A stretch of DNA of 27,766 nucleotides from Nitrospirota bacterium (GCA_014859105.1 JACUUX010000038.1:1-27766), one strand, 5' to 3'; shown: positions 7,206 through 16,391, numbered from the stretch's first letter. Notes: generated by a model from the letters alone, not told the origin. Numbers and translations are program-made.

Positions 7206-7289
7206 GTTATATTTTCATGTTTCCTTGTGCCACTTGTGGCATGAGGGTTTGTTTAGGATTTAGATATTAGAATTCGGGATTTAAAAGAT

Positions 7290-7392
7290 ATGTATGATGC
7301 TGTAATCATAGGTACGGACATAAGCGGCCTTGTTTGTAGATGTTATCTGGCAAAGGCAGGAAAAATGGGACGTCATGAGCATTTAATACTTG
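7290..7392 (+). pseudogene. Degenerate duplicate of the 5' end of the downstream CrtI-like oxidoreductase gene (gene remnant)
   Basis: atgtatgatgctgtaatcataggtacggacataagcggccttgtttgtagatgttatctggcaaaggcagg is about 80% identical to 8076-8150 (atgtatgacgccataatcataggtgctggcataggaggccttgtatgcggatgttatctcgcaaaggctgg). The translation MYDAVIIGTDISGLVCRCYLAKAG has a ruined GxGxxG and terminates after 34 codons. Confidence 0.7.
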
Positions 7393-7452
7393 TTAATTAA
7401 CATCCAAAATGCTAAGTTATTTTTGAGGAAATCAAGAAGAAGGAGAAGAAAA

Positions 7453-7698
7453 ATGGTCAGCAAAAAAACCTATAAAGAGCGGATAGTAATTGATCCTGAA
7501 ATTCACTTTGGAAAGCCTTGTGTGGCTGGCACACGAATTCCAGTAGAAAATGTGCTTGAATTAGTTCAGGAAAACATTCCTTTTAGCGAAATTGTGGAAA
7601 AATATTATCCCGACCTTGAGATTGAAGATGTTAAAGCTTGTGTTAGATATGCAACAGATTTGGTTTGTTCGGAAGAAATTCATGTTGGAAAAACTTAA
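7453..7698 (+). CDS. DUF433-family small protein (putative antitoxin)
   Basis: Core HFGKPCVAGTRIPVENVLE is typical of DUF433. Likely start is MVSKKTYKE at 7453 after the purine-rich SD gaagaaggagaagaaaa. The six-frame ORF extends upstream to 7390 via TTG. Confidence 0.7.
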   Translation: MVSKKTYKERIVIDPEIHFGKPCVAGTRIPVENVLELVQENIPFSEIVEKYYPDLEIEDVKACVRYATDLVCSEEIHVGKT

Positions 7699-8054
7699 TG
7701 CGTCTACTTACAGATCAGGACGTGTATAAAATAACAGTAGAACAGCTTAAAAAATGGGGCCATGATGCAATAACCGCTAAAGAGCTTGGTATGCAACAAG
7801 CAGCAGATAGAGATTTACTAAAGAAAACTATTGAAACAAATCGGTTGCTTATTACAAGGGATAAGGATTTTGGGGCACTTGTTTTCTTAGAAGAATCATT
7901 AAATACTGGAGTCATTCTTCTAAGAGTTACTCCAATAACTGTTGAAGATGTACATCGGGAACTTTATCGTCTCTTTCAGGAACATACCGAAGAGGAATTA
8001 AAACATTTATTCTGTGTTGTTGAGCCTCATCGGCATCGAATTCGCCGTTTATAG
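7698..8054 (+). CDS. DUF5615-family PIN-like protein (putative toxin partner of DUF433)
   Basis: ATG at 7698 overlaps the upstream stop (TAATG). MRLLTDQDV ... ITRDKDFG matches the N-terminus and acidic core of DUF5615/Mut7-C-like PIN proteins that pair with DUF433. The six-frame ORF starts earlier at 7665. Confidence 0.65.
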   Translation: MRLLTDQDVYKITVEQLKKWGHDAITAKELGMQQAADRDLLKKTIETNRLLITRDKDFGALVFLEESLNTGVILLRVTPITVEDVHRELYRLFQEHTEEELKHLFCVVEPHRHRIRRL

Positions 8055-8075
8055 TATGGTAAAGCGTAATAAAAT

Positions 8076-9497
8076 ATGTATGACGCCATAATCATAGGTG
8101 CTGGCATAGGAGGCCTTGTATGCGGATGTTATCTCGCAAAGGCTGGCATGAAGGTGCTTATCTGCGAGCAGCATTATAAACCGGGAGGTTATTGCACATC
8201 CTTTACAAGACAGGGTTTTACTTTTGATGCTGCTCCTCACTGTTTTGGATCTTACAGAAAAGATGGAATGATGAGAAAAATCCTTCAAGACTTAGAAGTA
8301 GATAAAAAATTAAATATAATAAGACCCGACCCTTCAGATATTATAATGACACCTGATTATGAAGTCATCTTCTGGAATGATTTCGAAAGGACCACAGAGG
8401 GATTTCAAAGAATGTTTCCTGAAGATCGCACTAATATCAGGAATTTCTTCACCCTGTTAATGGATACCGATCCTAACTCCTTCTCTAGAATGAAGAACCG
8501 TACCTTCAAAGAATTATTAGATCAATATTTAACTAATGTAAAGTTGAAGTCGATCCTATCCTTTCCATTTCTGGGAATCGGAGGTTTGCCTTCGTCCATG
8601 ATATCTGCCTTCATAGGAGCAAAACTCTTCTCCGAATTTTTATTTGACGGTGGGTATTATCCCGAAGGTGGCATGCAGGCGCTGCCTGATGCTTTAGCAG
8701 AGAGATTAAAAGAGTTCGGCGGTGAGTTGAGACTCTCCTGTCCTATCAAAAAAATACGAGTAAGAGAGAATAGAGTTACGGGCGTAATCTCAGAAAAAGA
8801 CGGCTTCATGCCTTCAAGATATGTGATTTCGAACTGTGATGCCAGACAGACTTTTTTCAAACTCATAGGCGGGAGAAAGGTTGAGAGAGAGTTCTCTCAG
8901 AGATTAAAGAAGATGGTGCCCTCTATATCGAATTTCATTGTCTATATGGGCATAGACGGTCATTTTGAAACCCTGCCGAGACCAGGAACCACCCTTTCCT
9001 TTTTTAGATACTATGACATAGAGAAGGCATACCGGTCAGTACTAAAAGGCGACTTCGAAGGCTACGGCGGATATATGCTGCGAGCCTCCCGGGATACCCC
9101 GGTTATCATAGCAATCATTCCTGTACCATTTAAAAACAAAACCTATTGGAAGGATCACAAGCAAAGATTATCGGAATATCTAATAGAGAGAATAGAGAGA
9201 GATTTGATTCCGAATCTCACAGCCCATATCGTATATAAAGACGCATCCACTCCATCTACCTTAAACAGATATACTTTAAACTATAAAGGTGCCTCCTTTG
9301 GCTGGGCTGGTATACCTTCGCAATTAGCAGTCCCGGGCCTGAGAAAGTGCTCGTATACAGAGGGGCTCTATTTGACAGGACATTGGACTACACTTGGAGT
9401 AGGAATCTCTGGAGTGGCGTATGTTGGGTATGACACCGCGAAGATTCTTATAAGGAGAGAGGTAAATAGGCAAAACATCTCATTTTTGATAAAATAA
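8076..9497 (+). CDS. NAD(P)/FAD-dependent oxidoreductase, phytoene desaturase (CrtI)/amine-oxidase family
   Basis: 473 aa. N-terminal dinucleotide-binding motif YDAIIIGAGIGGLVCGCYLAKAGMKVLICEQ ... PGG, and a C-terminal FGWAG ... LYLTGHWT motif characteristic of the CrtI-like family. Confidence 0.75.
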   Translation: MYDAIIIGAGIGGLVCGCYLAKAGMKVLICEQHYKPGGYCTSFTRQGFTFDAAPHCFGSYRKDGMMRKILQDLEVDKKLNIIRPDPSDIIMTPDYEVIFWNDFERTTEGFQRMFPEDRTNIRNFFTLLMDTDPNSFSRMKNRTFKELLDQYLTNVKLKSILSFPFLGIGGLPSSMISAFIGAKLFSEFLFDGGYYPEGGMQALPDALAERLKEFGGELRLSCPIKKIRVRENRVTGVISEKDGFMPSRYVISNCDARQTFFKLIGGRKVEREFSQRLKKMVPSISNFIVYMGIDGHFETLPRPGTTLSFFRYYDIEKAYRSVLKGDFEGYGGYMLRASRDTPVIIAIIPVPFKNKTYWKDHKQRLSEYLIERIERDLIPNLTAHIVYKDASTPSTLNRYTLNYKGASFGWAGIPSQLAVPGLRKCSYTEGLYLTGHWTTLGVGISGVAYVGYDTAKILIRREVNRQNISFLIK

Positions 9498-9503
9498 AAA
9501 CTA

Positions 9504-11645
9504 GTGGACAAAGATAAATATATACAGCAGGAGCTATTGGAAACAATCCGGTCGTTCACCGGTTTACTCTTTCTCATCGGTGCCCCAGCAATATTGTTGT
9601 TGAGTCTGCTCGATTATTTTGTGACACCCGAGAATTTTAGAACCTTCCTTGTTTATCGGTTGGTCGCTACCTTACTCTACGTGACATTATATTTCATATT
9701 CAAAAGAGTAAAAAAATATCCCCTCTTCTTCCTCATAATGGGCACCGTCATAGTTTCGTCTATGGTCGAGTTGATGATACTTTCTTTTGGGGGTCATCAG
9801 TCGACCTATTACGCGGGCATGATCATCGTGTTTATCTTCCTCTTCGGATTGCTCCCCTTCTCTCTCAGAATATCCTTACTTCTCGCTTCAATCATCTATG
9901 CTATTTATCTGATTCCTATCTTAGTCTTGGACCAGATCACGAACATGCGCGTCTTTATGAACAATAACATCTTTCTCTTTGCTACCCTCATGAGTGTACT
10001 TATCTGGAGACATATCAATTACAAGATTCACCTCAAAAAGCTTTCCCTCGAATATGACCTTTCCCAAGAACAGAAACAACTTAAAACTTACTCCACCCAG
10101 CTTGAAGAACTTGTCCAACAAAGAACAAAGGAGCTTGCCATCTCAGAAAAATGGCACAGGTCAATTTTTGACAATGCTACCGAAGGAATTATGGTGCTTG
10201 ATAACAACGGTGCGATTGTTAACGTTAATAAAATGGCATGCGACCTACATGGCTTTACCGGAAATGCTTTAGCAGGTGTAAATATCGGGCTTCTTGAAGT
10301 AAAAGCAGACAAGGAAAAAATTAATGAGAGGTTATCGAGAATTTTAAATGGTGAAACGCTTACTTATGAAACAGAACATTATAGAAAAGACGGTGAGAAG
10401 GTTCTTTTAGAAATCAGCTCAAACCGTATAGATAGCGAAGGCCAGACATATATCCAATGCTTCTGCAGGGATATAACTGAAAAGAAGAAGATTCAGGAGC
10501 AGTTGATACATTCACAGAAAATGGAATCAGTCGGCGCACTCGCCGGAGGCATCGCTCATAACTTCAATAATATTTTGACCACGATTCTCGGATATTCAGA
10601 ATTGTTGATTGAATACAGCAATCTTGATGACTCATCAAAACAGAAGGTAGAAAATATTGAGAGTTCTGCAAGAAAGGCAGGAGTAATGGTCTCGAAACTC
10701 CTGGGTTTTGCAAGGAGAGAAAAACATGAAATCCTTCCTTTAAACCTGCATCATGTAATCAATGATTCAGTTAAACTCTTTGAGGGTGTGCTTGACAAGA
10801 AGATAGGATTGAAGATAAATCTGTGCAGTAATAATCCAATTATCGAAGGAGATCCGAATCAGGTCGAGCAGGTTATTATGAACCTCATAGTTAATGCAAA
10901 GGATGCAATGCCTGACGGAGGCCTTATAACAATAAAAACTGACATAATCGAGATTGGAAAGGATAAAACCGATACGCCGGCTTACATAGAACAAGGAAAA
11001 TATGTCGTATTAACCGTGTCTGACACAGGCTGTGGCATACCTAAAAATATAATCAATAAAGTATTTGATCCTTTCTTCACAACTAAAGAGAAAGGGAAAG
11101 GAACAGGCCTTGGACTTGCTATGGTTTACGGGATTGTCAAAGATCACAGAGGCTATATTTCTGTTCAAAGTGAGATAGACAAGGGCACAATTTTTGACAT
11201 ATACCTCCCTGTTTCAGAAAGAGTTGTTCACAGGGTTACAAAACCACAAATCTTTTCGATAGAAGGACATGAAAATATACTTGTAGTCGATGATGATAAA
11301 GACGTATTAAACTTTATTAAGGATATCCTTGAAACGCATGGATATACTGTTACGTCTGCAAATAACTCCCTGACAGCAATTGACATATTCAGGAATCTTT
11401 CCGGAAAAATTTCGCTTGTAATAACAGACGTACTTATGCCACTGATGGAAGGAGGAGAACTAATAAAACAATTGAAAGAAATAAAACCGGATATCAAGAT
11501 AATCATCATTTCCGGCTACAGCGATGAAAAAATTACAAAAGACATGGTCGATGTGTTTATCAGGAAACCTTTTGAAAGTATTGAACTCCTGTCAGCGGTC
11601 AGACGGCTCCTCGATGCACAGGGCAGGAGATCACCACTTTATTAA
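9504..11645 (+). CDS. Hybrid sensor histidine kinase / response regulator with multi-TM N-terminal sensor and PAS domain
   Basis: 713 aa with a GTG start 7 nt after the oxidoreductase stop. About 6 hydrophobic helices in the first 170 aa, then a coiled-coil and PAS (ATEGIMVLDNNGAIVNVN). HisKA H-box (GGIAHNFNNILTTILGYSELL). HATPase_c (IVNAKDAMPDGG, GTGLGLAMVYGIV). C-terminal receiver (ILVVDDDKD ... ITDVLMP ... IIISGY). Confidence 0.85.
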   Translation: MDKDKYIQQELLETIRSFTGLLFLIGAPAILLLSLLDYFVTPENFRTFLVYRLVATLLYVTLYFIFKRVKKYPLFFLIMGTVIVSSMVELMILSFGGHQSTYYAGMIIVFIFLFGLLPFSLRISLLLASIIYAIYLIPILVLDQITNMRVFMNNNIFLFATLMSVLIWRHINYKIHLKKLSLEYDLSQEQKQLKTYSTQLEELVQQRTKELAISEKWHRSIFDNATEGIMVLDNNGAIVNVNKMACDLHGFTGNALAGVNIGLLEVKADKEKINERLSRILNGETLTYETEHYRKDGEKVLLEISSNRIDSEGQTYIQCFCRDITEKKKIQEQLIHSQKMESVGALAGGIAHNFNNILTTILGYSELLIEYSNLDDSSKQKVENIESSARKAGVMVSKLLGFARREKHEILPLNLHHVINDSVKLFEGVLDKKIGLKINLCSNNPIIEGDPNQVEQVIMNLIVNAKDAMPDGGLITIKTDIIEIGKDKTDTPAYIEQGKYVVLTVSDTGCGIPKNIINKVFDPFFTTKEKGKGTGLGLAMVYGIVKDHRGYISVQSEIDKGTIFDIYLPVSERVVHRVTKPQIFSIEGHENILVVDDDKDVLNFIKDILETHGYTVTSANNSLTAIDIFRNLSGKISLVITDVLMPLMEGGELIKQLKEIKPDIKIIIISGYSDEKITKDMVDVFIRKPFESIELLSAVRRLLDAQGRRSPLY

Positions 11646-12626
11646 TACAGAAGACCATGTAAGACCGCCGCCGAATGCCTCAAAAAGAATATAATCTCCA
11701 TTTTTTATCCTTCCGGATATTAAAGCTTCATCCAGGGCAATAGGAATGGAAGCAGCTGAAGTATTCCCATATTTATATAAGTTTACAATAAATTTTGACA
11801 TGGGCAAACCCAACCTTTCGGCAGTTGCCTGTATTATTCTCAGATTCGCCTGATGCAGAACAAGAAGTGAAAGCTGTGAAGGCTTCAACCCCTGTTCCTC
11901 AAGTGTTCGTAATACAAGGTCTTCCAGTGTTCTTACCGCAACTTTAAAAGTTTCATTGCCTTTCATCTTAATGTAATGAAGTCTTTTTTCGACAGTTTCT
12001 GCGGCAGTGGGATTCCTGGAACCACCTCCCGGAATGTGTAAGAGATCCCACATCCTTCCATCAGAATTTATATGCACTGAGAGAATACCTCTGTCTTCGT
12101 CCGTCGGTTCAAGAATTGCAGCACCGGCCCCGTCACCAAAAAGAACACATGTTGTTCTGTCATGCCAGTCCGTAATCTTTGAAAGCACTTCTGTTCCGAC
12201 AACCAGGATTCTTTTATACATTTCTGATTTAATAAAACTGTCTGCAATGCAGAAGCCGTATAGGAATCCTGAACATGCTGCATTTATATCGAACCCAACA
12301 GCATTTGAAGCGCCCAGTTTAGCCTGAAGAAAACATGCTGTTGAAGGGAAAGGCATGTCGCCGGACACCGTTGCAACAATAATCATGTCTATATCTTCCG
12401 GCCTTAATCCAGCTCTATCAAGAGCTACCTTTGATGCTTCATACGCAAGGTCTGATGCAGCCTGACTCTCATCAGCTATTCTTCTTTCCTTAATTCCCGT
12501 CCTTTCTGTAATCCATTCATCAGAGGTATCAAGCATCTTTTCAAGGTCTCGATTCGTAAGAATCTTATCGGGGAGATATGATCCGGTCGCGATTATTCTA
12601 CTTCTTGGCAACTTTAATCCTTTCAT
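11631..12626 (-). CDS. fabH: 3-oxoacyl-ACP synthase III
   Basis: 331 aa. ATGSYLPDKILTNRDLEKMLDTSDEWITERTGI N-terminus, active-site Cys in NAACSGF, and HQAN / GNTSAAS motifs. Confidence 0.9.
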   Translation of the reverse strand: MKGLKLPRSRIIATGSYLPDKILTNRDLEKMLDTSDEWITERTGIKERRIADESQAASDLAYEASKVALDRAGLRPEDIDMIIVATVSGDMPFPSTACFLQAKLGASNAVGFDINAACSGFLYGFCIADSFIKSEMYKRILVVGTEVLSKITDWHDRTTCVLFGDGAGAAILEPTDEDRGILSVHINSDGRMWDLLHIPGGGSRNPTAAETVEKRLHYIKMKGNETFKVAVRTLEDLVLRTLEEQGLKPSQLSLLVLHQANLRIIQATAERLGLPMSKFIVNLYKYGNTSAASIPIALDEALISGRIKNGDYILFEAFGGGLTWSSVLIKW

Positions 12627-13626
12627 GGTGTGATATGTCCTTTTCTATTGCAGATGAAATAATTTCATAGACCTTTTTCTTCGCAAAATCTGCCGCAACC
12701 CTTATGGCATTCCTGATTGCTTTTGCCGTTGATCGCCCATGACTTATTATACATGTCCCGTTAATCCCGAGAAGCGGTGCCCCTCCATATTCATCATAAT
12801 CTGTTTTCTTTTTGAATTTCTTCAAAGCAGGTTTCATTAAAAGATACCCTATACGTCCTGCCGTTAGATTAGCAACCTCTCTCTTGAGCATTTTAATGAG
12901 AGCGTCAGCAAGCCCCTCGCTTGTCTTCAAAATAATATTACCTGTAAATCCATCACATACAATAACATCTGTATCACCTGTAAATATATCTTTACCATCG
13001 ACGTTACCAATAAAATTTATGTCAGCTTCTTTAAGAAGTTTAAAGGTTTCCTTTGTAAGCTCGTTCCCCTTTGTATCCTCTTCTCCGGTGCTAATTAACG
13101 CAATCCTGGGCTCCGGCCTTCCGAGAATAAGCCTGCAATATGTACTGCCCATTAAAGCAAATTGAAGAAGGTTACGAGGGGTACAGTGAAGATTTGCACC
13201 TGCATCGATCAAAACAAAAGGTGACCTCAAAGTCGGCATTATTGCTGCTATAGCTGGCCTATCAACTAAATCTGCTGTGCCAAGCAGTAATAAAGCTGTA
13301 GCCATTACAACACCGGAGTGACCGGCACTTACAAAAGCATCCGCCTCACCGTTTTTTACAAGCTCCATTCCCCTTCTTATAGATGAATCTTTTTTCTTTC
13401 TTATTGCAAAAGAAGGAGATTCATCCATTCTGACAAACTGTGAGGCATGCTTTATTGATATACTCTTGGGAGGATATCTTTTATTGTCAAGGTCTCTTTT
13501 TAGAGTTTGCTCATCACCAACGAGGATAATCTGAGTATCCTCAAAATTGTTAACGGTTTCAACAGCGCCCTCGATATTAACAGCAGGGGCATAATCGCCT
13601 CCCATCGCATCAAGGGCTATTCTCAT
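12598..13626 (-). CDS. plsX: Phosphate acyltransferase PlsX
   Basis: 342 aa. MRIALDAMGGDYAP N-terminus, HGRS motif and CDGFTGN. Sits between rpmF and fabH as in the canonical operon. Confidence 0.9.
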   Translation of the reverse strand: MRIALDAMGGDYAPAVNIEGAVETVNNFEDTQIILVGDEQTLKRDLDNKRYPPKSISIKHASQFVRMDESPSFAIRKKKDSSIRRGMELVKNGEADAFVSAGHSGVVMATALLLLGTADLVDRPAIAAIMPTLRSPFVLIDAGANLHCTPRNLLQFALMGSTYCRLILGRPEPRIALISTGEEDTKGNELTKETFKLLKEADINFIGNVDGKDIFTGDTDVIVCDGFTGNIILKTSEGLADALIKMLKREVANLTAGRIGYLLMKPALKKFKKKTDYDEYGGAPLLGINGTCIISHGRSTAKAIRNAIRVAADFAKKKVYEIISSAIEKDISHHERIKVAKK

Positions 13627-13811
13627 GCTTCTTTTTCAACTACAGACAGTACCTTACGGCCACGATATGCCCCGCAATTCGGACAGACTTTAAATGATAT
13701 CTTTAATTCGTTACAATCAGGACATAAGCTGAGATTGGGTAGCTGTCCTTTCCAGTTGGCTCTTCTTTTATCTCTCCTTGACCTTGTATGTCTATGGGTT
13801 GGATTAGCCAT
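13623..13811 (-). CDS. rpmF: 50S ribosomal protein L32
   Basis: 62 aa MANPTHRHTRSRRDKRRANW ... CPNCG, the classic L32 sequence with a Zn-ribbon. Confidence 0.9.
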   Translation of the reverse strand: MANPTHRHTRSRRDKRRANWKGQLPNLSLCPDCNELKISFKVCPNCGAYRGRKVLSVVEKEA

Positions 13812-13852
13812 TTTTTTCTCCTTTCAAACTAAGTAATATGCTTACAATAAAC

Positions 13853-13915
13853 GCGGAATCCAGTCCTTGATTTCTCTGGATACCTGCTTCCGCAGGAATG
13901 ACAGAATACGCACGC
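13853..13915. repeat. Family-A repeat fragment (M4-like hairpin) in yceD-rpmF spacer
   Basis: gcggaatcc ... cttccgcaggaatgacagaa shares the ggaatc / ggaatgacag hairpin arms with the other family-A copies. Confidence 0.5.
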
Positions 13916-13967
13916 AAGTCTATTTATGGGACAGCACACTAGGTTAAAGCTTTTTTACATATTCCTA

Positions 13968-14471
13968 TTATGCTTCCTTATCCAGCAATTTCTTCAGAAC
14001 CTCAAGCCTTGGATCTGTATCATCCCTGATGCAATTACAGACGCTTTCGTTAAGATCTTCACCACATTTTACGCATATGCCTTTACACAAATCACTGCAA
14101 AGAGGCTTCATTGGTAAATTAAGTATTATCTGCTCATTTATCAGATTTAATAAATCAAGCTCTACACCCGAATAAAAATCCATATCGAGTTCTTCAAACT
14201 TGATTTCGTGCATCTCTTCGTCTTTGAGTTCTTCAACCGGGTGATATACAACATCAATAGGAATAGACATTATTTTACAGAAATCTTTAAGGCACCTGCT
14301 ACACTGAAGCTTTATTTCGACTTCCAGATCACCCTTTATTATAATCTCAGCCCCTGCTTTTTCAATCTTTAATCGTGCTATTATAGGTGTTACAATGGCA
14401 TCAGATTCGATTGACTCCTGTAATTCTAAGTCTAGCCCTTCTTTTGGTATATCAGGAATTAGTACTTTCAT
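13968..14471 (-). CDS. yceD: YceD/DUF177 family protein (large-subunit rRNA accumulation protein)
   Basis: 167 aa acidic protein with CxxC ... CxxC (CSRCLKDF ... CKGICVKCGEDLN). Located immediately upstream of rpmF-plsX-fabH, the conserved position of yceD. Confidence 0.8.
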   Translation of the reverse strand: MKVLIPDIPKEGLDLELQESIESDAIVTPIIARLKIEKAGAEIIIKGDLEVEIKLQCSRCLKDFCKIMSIPIDVVYHPVEELKDEEMHEIKFEELDMDFYSGVELDLLNLINEQIILNLPMKPLCSDLCKGICVKCGEDLNESVCNCIRDDTDPRLEVLKKLLDKEA

Positions 14472-14530
14472 TATTTTTATTATTAAAAGTTTATAATATA
14501 AAATAAATTATAAAAATTGTTATGAAAAAC

Positions 14531-14556
14531 TGTCAAGTTGATGTACTTCCTTGACA
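14531..14556. promoter_or_regulatory. Inverted repeat TGTCAAG-N12-CTTGACA in divergent yceD / gcvH promoter region
   Basis: Perfect 7-bp arms at 14531-14537 and 14550-14556. The right arm doubles as a TTGACA -35-like hexamer 17 nt upstream of TGATAA/GATAAG, ahead of the gcvH SD. Confidence 0.3.
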
Positions 14557-14616
14557 AAGAAGAAAATCCTATGATAAGAAATTTGAACTCAGAAAAATTT
14601 TAAAAAGGAGGGATAA

Positions 14617-15003
14617 ATGGACCCTGATAATCTCAGATATCATAAAGAGCACACATGGGTAAAGGTTTCCGGTAAAAAAGCAATAGTCGGGATTACTGAC
14701 TATGCTCAGATTGCACTCGGTGATATTGTTTATATTGATCTGCCTGATGTTGATATGGATTTAGAAGCTAACAACGAGTTCGGTGAGATAGAATCGACAA
14801 AAACCACTTCATCACTGATCGCTCCTATAAGCGGAAAAGTTATAGAAGTAAATGAAAACCTTTCAGAATCACCGGAGACAATAAATGAAGATCCATATGG
14901 TAAAGGATGGATAGCTGCTATCGAGATTGAAGACATGTCCGAAATTGATGATTTAATGGATGCTTCTGAGTATGCAAAATATGTTGAAGAAGAATCGAAA
15001 TGA
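14617..15003 (+). CDS. gcvH: Glycine cleavage system H protein (lipoyl carrier)
   Basis: 128 aa with SD (aaaggagggataa-ATG). YHKEHTWV, and lipoyl-lysine context EIESTKTTSSLIAPISGKV. Confidence 0.9.
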   Translation: MDPDNLRYHKEHTWVKVSGKKAIVGITDYAQIALGDIVYIDLPDVDMDLEANNEFGEIESTKTTSSLIAPISGKVIEVNENLSESPETINEDPYGKGWIAAIEIEDMSEIDDLMDASEYAKYVEEESK

Positions 15004-16391
15004 AATTAGCTGTACTCGGTGCAGGACCAGGCGGATATGTTGCGGCTATTAAGGCCGCTCAGTTAGGTGCACAAGTAACTGTAATCGAGGAAGAAGAAGT
15101 TGGTGGTACATGTCTTAACTGGGGCTGCATACCTACAAAATCCCTTATTGCATCCTCCGAGATACTAACCAAAACCCGCCATTTGGAAGATTTTGGAATA
15201 GATATCAAAGGTGAAATAATTCCAAATTTTTCAAAAATTATCGAAAGAAAAAATAAAATAGTTAATACCCAGGTAAAAGCTATCAAAAACCTGTTTAAAA
15301 GCTGGGGAATAACACTTAAGGAAGGTAGAGGTTCTCTTAGCTCTCCTGATGATATTACTGTCGTATCCAGGAATGGATCGAAGGAAAAAATTAATGCTTA
15401 CAGAATAATCATAGCAACAGGGTCACGCCCTGCCCTGTTGCCAGAATTCCCTTTTGATGGGGATAGAATAATTTCAAGCGATGATGCTGTACATCTTAGA
15501 AATATACCAAAGAGTCTGGTTATTTTGGGAGCTGGAGCAGTCGGCTGCGAATTTGCCTTTATTTACAGAGCATTCGGATCAGAAATAACAATAATCGAAT
15601 TGCTTCCCAGAGCGGTACCCGAAGAAGATATTGATATATCCAGAATTCTTGAAAAAGAACTCAAGAAAAAAAAGATAAAGCTGTACACAGGAGTTAAGGT
15701 GGAAAAAATGAGCATAAAAAATGATTGCGTACATACTCTTCTTTCAAATGGTGAAGAAATAGTAGCTGAGAAGGTACTTGTATCTGTCGGAAGAACCTTT
15801 AATAGTAATGATATTGGATTGGAGGAAGCAGGAATCGAAACAGGTGATAAAGGCGAGATTGTTGTCAATGATAAAATGGAAACAAATATCCCCGGCGTAT
15901 ATGCTGTCGGGGATGTTAAAGGGGGGTTGCTTCTTGCGCATGTTGCTTCAAGGGAAGGTATTATAGCTGCAAAAAATGCGGTGGATGGGAATGAGAGCAT
16001 AGATTATAATGTTGTGCCCTCCACCATATTTACTTCACCTGAAATAGCTTCTGTAGGTCTTAAGGAATATCAGGCGCAGGAGAAAGGTATTAGTGTCAAA
16101 ACCGGCCATTTTGAGTTCAGGGCACTGGGCAAAGCCCATGCCATCGGAGAAATAGAAGGCCTTATTAAAATAGTATCTGAATCCAAAACAGACAGAATAT
16201 TAGGTGTACACATCATAGGCCCTCATGCATCTGATTTAATTCATGAAGCAGCGATTGCTATAAAAGCAGGTCTAAAAACCAGAGATATTTCCGAAACAAT
16301 TCATGCCCACCCCACACTTTCCGAGGGCTTTAAAGAGGCAGCGGGAGACGTACATAATGAAGCCATCCATAAATTCAGAAGACGATTATAA
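15000..16391 (+). CDS. lpdA: Dihydrolipoyl dehydrogenase
   Basis: 463 aa. FAD-binding GAGPGGY, redox disulfide GGTCLNWGCIPTK, NAD-binding GAGAVGCEFA, and HAHPTLSE in the interface domain. Confidence 0.9.
   Translation: MKLAVLGAGPGGYVAAIKAAQLGAQVTVIEEEEVGGTCLNWGCIPTKSLIASSEILTKTRHLEDFGIDIKGEIIPNFSKIIERKNKIVNTQVKAIKNLFKSWGITLKEGRGSLSSPDDITVVSRNGSKEKINAYRIIIATGSRPALLPEFPFDGDRIISSDDAVHLRNIPKSLVILGAGAVGCEFAFIYRAFGSEITIIELLPRAVPEEDIDISRILEKELKKKKIKLYTGVKVEKMSIKNDCVHTLLSNGEEIVAEKVLVSVGRTFNSNDIGLEEAGIETGDKGEIVVNDKMETNIPGVYAVGDVKGGLLLAHVASREGIIAAKNAVDGNESIDYNVVPSTIFTSPEIASVGLKEYQAQEKGISVKTGHFEFRALGKAHAIGEIEGLIKIVSESKTDRILGVHIIGPHASDLIHEAAIAIKAGLKTRDISETIHAHPTLSEGFKEAAGDVHNEAIHKFRRRL

Noticed and set aside
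9994-10312. Overlapping 92-aa (+) and 74-aa (-) ORFs inside the histidine kinase gene
   Set aside because: They lie within the PAS/HisKA coding region of a well-supported 713-aa protein. Alternate-frame artefacts.
12007-13165. Antisense ORFs of 106 aa and 117 aa within fabH and plsX
   Set aside because: Both lie opposite strongly conserved coding sequence and have no motifs. Shadow ORFs.
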